Positions 57,401-64,000 of a stretch of DNA of 64,000 bases are shown here, piece by piece. The stretch comes from a virus. The stretch covers positions 3,154-67,153 of IMG/VR virus record IMGVR_UViG_3300045972_000791; one strand, given 5' to 3'. The notes below the pieces were generated by a model. The model saw nothing but the letters and a program-made list of their open reading frames with translations. It did not search any database and was not told the DNA's origin. A program made the translations under genes and the position numbers. Positions within the stretch are counted from its first letter, which is position 1. Every line of letters begins with the position of its first letter.

Positions 57401-57412
57401 AACATAGTAATA
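57401..57412 (+). promoter_or_regulatory. Late-type promoter
   Basis: AACA TAGTAA TA upstream of 57449. Confidence 0.6.
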
Positions 57413-57448
57413 TGTCTTTCAAATAATAGTTCGTAAAGAGGAAATGAT

Positions 57449-58501
57449 ATGAGCTTTCAAGCGGTTTTTAATTATTCCAAACCAAAGTATTCAGTATTGA
57501 ATGATCTTATTGGTGGATGGATGCCATCAGTAGATATAGTTCGTATATTTTTTGATATAGATGCATTTACTGCAGTTCTGTTTAATCCAAGAAATGTTGA
57601 TTTTATGAGAGAATTAATGTCTGAAAGAAAAATGTATGCTGCATCTGAGATAATCAATATTGCAGCACACTATAGACACTATTTCTGGTCGAGGTATAAT
57701 GTACCTACTGATATTATAATGAATTATACCTTAGAACCTATTGATAGTGGCGAAGAGGGATATCTAAAGCAGCATTATGACAAGAGGTTAGGTATCACAC
57801 CTGAATATAAAAGATTGTCAAATTACACATCAGGATGTGTCAGGCTAGCTAGTAAGATATGTGAGTTCATACCTAACGTCCACGTTATTAATACTAAGAC
57901 GATGGATCCACATACACTACCTAATGTTGTAATGAATCAAATTACTCCAGGTGATGACTCATCAATGAACTTAGTAGTATCTAATAAGAAACATATGATA
58001 ATGTATGGTCTCAATCATAACTGCGCAGTAATGACTTATCGTGGAGATAATACTCAGATAGTTACTAGTGATAATATGAATGAAACCGTTAGCTCTAAGT
58101 ATAATATTGGAGTTCCACCTCATTTTTATCCTATAATTATTGCTATATCTGGTGATGTTACGGTAGGTATGAAGCCAGTAAGAGCACGATATAGTGCTAT
58201 TAAATCAATGAAAATGATTAAAAAGATGTTAGAAGATAAGGTAATAACTAAAAATACGTATGATATAGATTCATTTTTAGACAGAGTAGATGTATTTACT
58301 AGTGAAGAAAAAGAAAGAATTGCTAAGCGATTTGAATATATAAATATTCGTAAATCAGCATCACAGTTAGATCTAGCAAATATAGAATCTCAAATTATCA
58401 ATAAATATGATTGGGATTCTTTACTTAGTCTGAATGCTAGATACTTTGAAGAATACCCTATAAACTTAGAGTATACTGTTGATGGTGAAAAATATGAGTG
58501 A
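57449..58501 (+). CDS. Divergent 5'-3' exonuclease/FEN-like protein
   Basis: FFDID near N-terminus and AISGD...G...V H3TH-like motif. Confidence 0.45.
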   Translation: MSFQAVFNYSKPKYSVLNDLIGGWMPSVDIVRIFFDIDAFTAVLFNPRNVDFMRELMSERKMYAASEIINIAAHYRHYFWSRYNVPTDIIMNYTLEPIDSGEEGYLKQHYDKRLGITPEYKRLSNYTSGCVRLASKICEFIPNVHVINTKTMDPHTLPNVVMNQITPGDDSSMNLVVSNKKHMIMYGLNHNCAVMTYRGDNTQIVTSDNMNETVSSKYNIGVPPHFYPIIIAISGDVTVGMKPVRARYSAIKSMKMIKKMLEDKVITKNTYDIDSFLDRVDVFTSEEKERIAKRFEYINIRKSASQLDLANIESQIINKYDWDSLLSLNARYFEEYPINLEYTVDGEKYE

Positions 58502-58509
58502 GGTAATAT

Positions 58510-60234
58510 ATGGCTGGATTAGGACTGGATATAGGTAGTCTTACCAAGAGTACAGGTTTATCTGTACCTAATCTTGGAAGTGTCAATAGTTTAAAGGATT
58601 CGATGCCTAATCAGGTATCACTAAATAGTATACCTAAACCTAGTCTGCTAGGTGGATCTAGTCTAACTAATACTAATTCTAGTTTACCTATTACCCCTCC
58701 AACTATCGGAGGGGCAACAAATTTATCAGGAGGAACGGCTGCATTTTTCAAAGCAGATACTCCTACTACTGCTCCTGAATCAGTAGCTAAGAGTATAGGT
58801 ACTGTACCTGAAGAAGTAGGTCCACCTACACTTACTCAAAGTACAACTATAGTTGCTCCTACAACTGATAATCCAACTACAGGTGCTCCTAAAGGAGCAG
58901 ACACTGCAAGTGGTAAAGAGTCTGAAGTAGATGTAAATTATGAGAATTATGTTTATAAATTAGAAATTGGAATATACTACGATGCAGAAGACGAGCTACA
59001 GGACTTATCAACAAATGTACTAGCATGTAACTTGATCAATAATTATGATGTAAATGTTATGCCATTCTTTGAATTAGAAATGATGCTTAGTAAAAACGTA
59101 TATAATGATTTACTAAAGTTTTATACTGAAGCAACTGCAGTATTAAGACTAACTATGTTTAGATCTAATAGAGGTAATGAACCTGATATCCTTCCAGAAA
59201 ATATTATTGAACCTATGTCATGTAGTATAATTGACTTACAGGGTCAACCAATGCCTGGTGGAATTGATACATTAACTGATGATCAACCAAACATACCAGT
59301 AGTTATGTATCTATTCTTAGAAGAACATTTGAGAGTTACTAAATCAATCATAAACCGAATATTTACTAACTGTACTATGGAAAGTGTAGTAAGTCAAATT
59401 AATACAGAGAATAGTACCATTCCAGTATTAATGGTAAAGCCTAATATAGAAAAGAAATATGAACAAGTAGTAATCCCTCCAATGACTATACGTAGAGTTA
59501 TGGACTACCTACAAATGAAGTATGGTATATATAAAGATGGTTTAAGATTCTTCTTTGGCTTTCATTATTTATATATTATGAGTAGGTCTCAATCTGCATC
59601 TCCTCAAGATGATTATAAAGAGGTTATTATAGAGTCCGTATCAGGCATAAATAATAATTTACTTGAAGCAGATGGATCATATACTGATGATGAGGCTGAA
59701 GTACATAAGATTAGAACCTCCTTTGTACCTATATTTAAACTAGAACATAACTTATGTCATCTGACTGATGGTGAGAAAATGTTAGTAGGTGGATCCTCTC
59801 AGACTGCCCACTCAACAGCTCAGTGTGATGCTGTTCAAGGTATGGAGAAACCATTAGATGCTAAGAAGTCTAAAGAAAGAGCCGTATGGGATAAATCTAG
59901 TAATGAATTTGCAACTCATGAGTATGCTAAAAAATCTCAGGAAGATTCAGATAAAGTTACAATACAGATGGCTCTTATAAACATGTTTCTACTAACTCCA
60001 GACAAAGTATATCGTATAAAATTTGCTGATAGAAAACTTAAAAAACATGACGGAACATACAGAATTTCTAATAGTGGATATAGACTATCTAGAAGAGCTG
60101 GAGATGTATATATGGTAGGTAATTCTTTATCAGAATTTCTTCTTATAGAAAGAGATGAAGTTCTTAAAAATGAAGATAAACCATTTCTAGTAAATATACC
60201 TTCAGTAACAACATCAAAACCAAGCATATTATAA
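58510..60234 (+). CDS. Probable virion structural protein (baseplate hub-like) with S/T/P-rich N-terminus
   Basis: 574 aa; IPP.T....DYLQ..YGIY..G..FFF; beta-rich C-terminus. Confidence 0.5.
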   Translation: MAGLGLDIGSLTKSTGLSVPNLGSVNSLKDSMPNQVSLNSIPKPSLLGGSSLTNTNSSLPITPPTIGGATNLSGGTAAFFKADTPTTAPESVAKSIGTVPEEVGPPTLTQSTTIVAPTTDNPTTGAPKGADTASGKESEVDVNYENYVYKLEIGIYYDAEDELQDLSTNVLACNLINNYDVNVMPFFELEMMLSKNVYNDLLKFYTEATAVLRLTMFRSNRGNEPDILPENIIEPMSCSIIDLQGQPMPGGIDTLTDDQPNIPVVMYLFLEEHLRVTKSIINRIFTNCTMESVVSQINTENSTIPVLMVKPNIEKKYEQVVIPPMTIRRVMDYLQMKYGIYKDGLRFFFGFHYLYIMSRSQSASPQDDYKEVIIESVSGINNNLLEADGSYTDDEAEVHKIRTSFVPIFKLEHNLCHLTDGEKMLVGGSSQTAHSTAQCDAVQGMEKPLDAKKSKERAVWDKSSNEFATHEYAKKSQEDSDKVTIQMALINMFLLTPDKVYRIKFADRKLKKHDGTYRISNSGYRLSRRAGDVYMVGNSLSEFLLIERDEVLKNEDKPFLVNIPSVTTSKPSIL

Positions 60235-60270
60235 TAATACCCCTATACCTAAAGAGGTATAGGGGTATTA
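60235..60270. terminator. Palindrome/terminator
   Basis: TAATACCCCTATACCT-AAAG-AGGTATAGGGGTATTA. Confidence 0.65.
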
Positions 60271-60357
60271 CCCGTAAACGTTGAACTTTCATATATATAT
60301 TATTTTAGTAAGAAGCAAACAAATCCAGTAGTATAAATAGAAAAGGAGAAACAAATC

Positions 60358-60750
60358 ATGAGTGTATCCGAGAAAGCATCAAAAGCAGTTAAGGACGTGA
60401 TCGTTGAGGAGGCTTCAGCTACATCGATCTTTCTGGCTTCCATCAAGGAAGCAGCTAAAGCTATCAACTTCGACAAAGTAATTGCTGATGTCAAAGCTGG
60501 TATGGAAAAATCTTGTGAGGCGTATACCACCCGCAACGAGAAGTATCTTGCTGAACTAAAGGAAAAAGCAGAAGAAAAGAAGGAAAAGAAAGAAGAGAAG
60601 AAAGACCTTTCTGAGTTGGAAGAGGAAATTGCTGAAATCGAGAAGGATATCGAAGAAGGCGAGGAAACTCTTGCTGAAGCTCGTATCCAGTTGAAGAAAC
60701 TCCAGAAGAAGGCGGCTAAAACTAAAGCTAAAGCTGCTGAGAAGAAGTAA
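60358..60750 (+). CDS. Charged coiled-coil protein, highly expressed codon usage
   Basis: AAGGAG Shine-Dalgarno; E/K-rich; followed by a terminator. Confidence 0.7.
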   Translation: MSVSEKASKAVKDVIVEEASATSIFLASIKEAAKAINFDKVIADVKAGMEKSCEAYTTRNEKYLAELKEKAEEKKEKKEEKKDLSELEEEIAEIEKDIEEGEETLAEARIQLKKLQKKAAKTKAKAAEKK

Positions 60751-60793
60751 AAAATAAGCTATTACCCTCACAGGTAATAGCTTATTTTTTTTT
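60751..60793. terminator. Bidirectional terminator
   Basis: AAAATAAGCTATTACC...GGTAATAGCTTATTTT plus T-tract. Confidence 0.8.
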
Positions 60794-60799
60794 TAGATT

Positions 60800-61654
60800 T
60801 TAGTAGTCGATACCGTCAAAAAGGCTACCGGACTCTTTTTTAGCAGAGGAAGAAGATTTAGACATACCTGCCTGAATGATACGCTTGTACTCATTTTTAG
60901 AAATAATAATGCAGCTACCAACTTCTTTGAAAACGATAGAAACAACATTCATTGCTTCTTTAACGGTTTCAGCTTCTTTCTTGTCGCCATTCTGCTCGGC
61001 AAGACGGATAGCAATACCTTTAAGACCATCAAATACTTTAGCAGCATCACGAGCGTGAGCAACGACTTTCATGAGGTCTTTGAAAGGTTGAATAGCATGC
61101 TGAGCGTTTACGCTAGCACCTTTCTTAACTTTACCAAGGCAAAGCTTCTTAACTGCTTCAGAAACACTTTCTTCATTCTTAGCGCCAATAGCCATAAGAA
61201 CGATTTCTTTAGCGGAAGTGTTAGCCTTAACTTCAAATTTACTAGCAATACCCTGAAGAACAGTGGTTATACGCTGAACTTCTTTAGCAGTTGCACCATT
61301 AGCTACAGCTTCATGAACGTCAACTTTGACAGTACCAAAGTTAGAAGCTTCTTTCTCAACACGCTCAATCCATTTTTCGTCAGCGCCAACAAGACCAAGA
61401 ATTTTAGTCCAGAGATTAGAGAAGAAGTTCTTAATTTTTGCCCACAATTTTTTGATGAAGGCAACAAATTTTGCCCACCACTCAGAAACGCCTTCAGTAA
61501 GAAGTTCAGCGTTTTCAGTGATGATTGCTTTATGCTCAATAGCCATCATTCTCTGGACCAAGTTGCCATAAGTTACGTTGGCTTCAACAAGGATCTCAGT
61601 AAGGGTTTCAACTGGAAGTCCAGCATTTTGTTCAACGCTCTCAACTAGAAACAT
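60800..61654 (-). CDS. Abundant inner-head protein
   Basis: Multiple LxE sites then LTE-G...W.K...FIKKLW.KIK.FF amphipathic motif typical of jumbo-phage internal head proteins; strong codon bias. Confidence 0.7.
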   Translation of the reverse strand: MFLVESVEQNAGLPVETLTEILVEANVTYGNLVQRMMAIEHKAIITENAELLTEGVSEWWAKFVAFIKKLWAKIKNFFSNLWTKILGLVGADEKWIERVEKEASNFGTVKVDVHEAVANGATAKEVQRITTVLQGIASKFEVKANTSAKEIVLMAIGAKNEESVSEAVKKLCLGKVKKGASVNAQHAIQPFKDLMKVVAHARDAAKVFDGLKGIAIRLAEQNGDKKEAETVKEAMNVVSIVFKEVGSCIIISKNEYKRIIQAGMSKSSSSAKKESGSLFDGIDY

Positions 61655-61727
61655 AATTTTCTCCTTAAATTTTGGTAATACTTCAATTTTAATTATCTGA
61701 ATTCCAAAGGAATTTCATTCTATCCTA

Positions 61728-61755
61728 TCTACGGGCAAGTAGTCAGATGTACCTT
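61728..61755 (+). repeat. Bipartite motif shared with the capsid leader (16335-16366)
   Basis: TCTACGGGCAAGTA-GTC-AGATGTACCTT versus TCTACGGGCAGGTA-TTTGTGA-AGATGTACCTT. Confidence 0.8.
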
Positions 61756-61760
61756 GAAAA

Positions 61761-62717
61761 TCAAATAATAATTGATCCAGAATCCGAGGACTGGGCGGTT
61801 CTCGCACTACTGGACACTTCAATATCTTGTTTCCTAGTGACGGATAAAGTTGAGCGATTTGCTAAGTCACTTTCAACAGCAAAAACTTCAGCAACATCTC
61901 TGAATCGTTTTGCTATAGCTTCTTGTTTTTTAGCAACATCCTTCTTATCTCTAGAAATACTTTGAGCATGCATCTCAATGTATTCAGCATATGATATAAA
62001 CCAATTAGCTACATTTTTTCTAAAGTGTAAGAATAGGAAGATTATATCTCGCACATGAAGAACTAACCATATAATAAAAAAGGCTAGAACACCAATTGCA
62101 ATAGGATCTTCTTTAAGCATTGTGGACTCTTTCTTAATAGTAGTCTTTAAGAAGTTATCCATTTTACCATTACGAATATTTTCAACAGTAGAAGATAAAC
62201 CCGATAGTGCTACATCATCTTCCATATTAAATGTCTTCATTTTCATCTCATATTCACCACGAGGAGTCTTTACATAATCAACTCCACGTAGAATAAATGT
62301 AGCCGTTGCATGAAATACATTTAGTACTAATGACATATAAAGATTAGTAATTAAGTATGATCCGGACTCAAATCCGTAAGCAAAATACTGAGCACGAGAC
62401 TGAAGGAATTCTATAAGAATTTGTAGTTCAGATAGTTTAGAAGATATCTGTTTACCAACTAATGAATTTAATTTATCAACACATAAAGATGCATCCATGA
62501 ATTCTTTAATGTGAATTACATGACCTTTAGATGCTCTAATCTTTTTAATAACATCATCAGAAGCAAAGTCTTTACTTTCAGTGATAGATTTAAGTCTATC
62601 AAGAAGAAGATTAGCTGTAGAATCAGTATATTTATTTTGAGCAGATTCATTTAATCTTACAAACCATCTTTCATTTTCATTACCTGCAATTTTAGCATAT
62701 TCTCTGATAGATTTCAT
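61761..62717 (-). CDS. Probable virion (head) protein
   Basis: LNE-S and LKE-D sites, hydrophobic segment. Confidence 0.55.
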   Translation of the reverse strand: MKSIREYAKIAGNENERWFVRLNESAQNKYTDSTANLLLDRLKSITESKDFASDDVIKKIRASKGHVIHIKEFMDASLCVDKLNSLVGKQISSKLSELQILIEFLQSRAQYFAYGFESGSYLITNLYMSLVLNVFHATATFILRGVDYVKTPRGEYEMKMKTFNMEDDVALSGLSSTVENIRNGKMDNFLKTTIKKESTMLKEDPIAIGVLAFFIIWLVLHVRDIIFLFLHFRKNVANWFISYAEYIEMHAQSISRDKKDVAKKQEAIAKRFRDVAEVFAVESDLANRSTLSVTRKQDIEVSSSARTAQSSDSGSIII

Positions 62718-64000
62718 TATCGACTACCTCCACTACCGACTAATGCAGAAAAAGTTTTCATCATATCTTTCTTAGTCAGATTGTTATTTTCACGTTCTTC
62801 TGAAGGTATTGTTGTACGATCAAATCTACCTGAGTTATCATCAAATACCCACATAGTTTCAGTTGCAGGATCAACTATGATAAATCCTAATAGATGAAAC
62901 AGTTTAACCATACTCATAGCAACTGAAGATCTTTGTAGATCAATACCATAAGTTCTCTTAATTGTTTCTACTTCGCTCATTTCCATTATAAAGGTAGTAG
63001 TGGGAAGTAAATGATCTTGCTTAAGAGCCAATGCAGTAGTTGCATCTTTAGCATTAGCTCTAAGCTTCCAAAACCAAAAAGCAGTCTTTTGATCGTTAGA
63101 AACATCATTCTTTAGCTTGTCCATATTGAAAACAAAATCTTTCCAGAATGAAATTTCACCAGTTGTCCATTGTATAGCTCTAAAGATAAGACGATTATCT
63201 CTCATAGATACACCTACTTGAGATACCATTTCTTCAGTAGGAATAACATGTACAATAGTTTTAACAGCAACAAGAATAGTTGTTTCTTCTATTCTATCAC
63301 CTGCTTTATAGTAGATCTGAACTGGAAGTGTTAATGGTGCAAGTTCACTCATCTTACGTTCAACTTGACCAACATTATATCCTTTAGATTTCTTTTTATC
63401 ATTTAAACTCTGTTTAAATTTTTCAAAGTCTTTTGCATCTTGACCATACCTAGACTCTTGTGGTTGATTAGAGGAATGAGGTGCTGGAGCTTCGTTTAAT
63501 CCAATTCCTAAACCATTATTTAATGGAGTGATATTTTCTAATACTAACTGGTCTCCATGATTTATCAAATATGAAATAACTTCTTCTCTGATATTGGGTG
63601 TAGATATTGAACCACGTACATGTTGATTAGTCCATCGAGTATCAGTTTCACCTTCATCACTTCTGTTGAGAGCAATACCCTTAAACATGTCAATAACTGA
63701 CTGTTTATTCATACCTTGACTAACATCGACTAAATCCTCATTGCTAAGAATAATTCTGATTAAGTCAATAAGTTTACGTTCAATAGATCTAGATAATACA
63801 GCAATCTCATTTATACTAAGAGAACTAGATACAAAAAGTGGAAAATAACAGATAGTATCAGCTGCCCTTTGTGTAATAGATTTCATAGGTCGTTTACTAG
63901 GAAATATAGTCGATCTGAGAGCATGTAGACCATCCACTTCCACATTACCACTTTGACTAAGTCCACCTCTAATGAGGTCTAAAATCGCTCCAATACTCAT
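62717..64000 (-). CDS. Probable virion structural protein
   Basis: 427 aa; VLE-N and LNE-A sites; in the head-protein operon. Confidence 0.55.
   Translation of the reverse strand: MSIGAILDLIRGGLSQSGNVEVDGLHALRSTIFPSKRPMKSITQRAADTICYFPLFVSSSLSINEIAVLSRSIERKLIDLIRIILSNEDLVDVSQGMNKQSVIDMFKGIALNRSDEGETDTRWTNQHVRGSISTPNIREEVISYLINHGDQLVLENITPLNNGLGIGLNEAPAPHSSNQPQESRYGQDAKDFEKFKQSLNDKKKSKGYNVGQVERKMSELAPLTLPVQIYYKAGDRIEETTILVAVKTIVHVIPTEEMVSQVGVSMRDNRLIFRAIQWTTGEISFWKDFVFNMDKLKNDVSNDQKTAFWFWKLRANAKDATTALALKQDHLLPTTTFIMEMSEVETIKRTYGIDLQRSSVAMSMVKLFHLLGFIIVDPATETMWVFDDNSGRFDRTTIPSEERENNNLTKKDMMKTFSALVGSGGSR

Noticed and set aside
1-64000. CRISPR array, tRNA/rRNA genes, reverse transcriptase or DGR
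   Set aside because: No regularly spaced repeats, cloverleafs or YxDD reverse transcriptase ORF seen by eye.

Overview
AT-rich (roughly 30-35% GC by eye), densely coding 64-kb segment of a jumbo myophage resembling the AR9/PBS1/phiR1-37 and phiKZ-related group. It carries the head and tail module (major capsid, terminase interrupted by a group I intron, portal, prohead protease, sheath, tube, baseplate parts, many Glu-cleaved inner-head proteins). It also encodes fragments of a phage multisubunit RNA polymerase, a family-B DNA polymerase split into two divergent genes, primase, RNase H, a RuvC-like resolvase, GyrB, a GroEL-like chaperonin, HU, a cold-shock protein and at least seven homing-type endonucleases. 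Accessory genes include a Ku plus ATP-dependent ligase (NHEJ-like) pair, dCMP deaminase, an HD-GYP phosphodiesterase and a ChaB fusion. Reading the intergenic DNA shows: (i) about 20 copies of an AACA-N6-YR motif matching the uracil-dependent AR9 late promoter, with a candidate sigma-like subunit at the AR9-syntenic position; (ii) a family of palindromes with a conserved TACC/GGTA core, two of which are identical 23-mers bracketing the HD-GYP gene; (iii) a 25-nt bipartite motif shared, in opposite transcriptional sense, by the capsid leader and the region upstream of another head-protein gene; (iv) a probable -1 frameshift in a tail assembly gene; (v) a leader peptide upstream of the muramidase. 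All calls come from motif recognition by eye; no searches were run.
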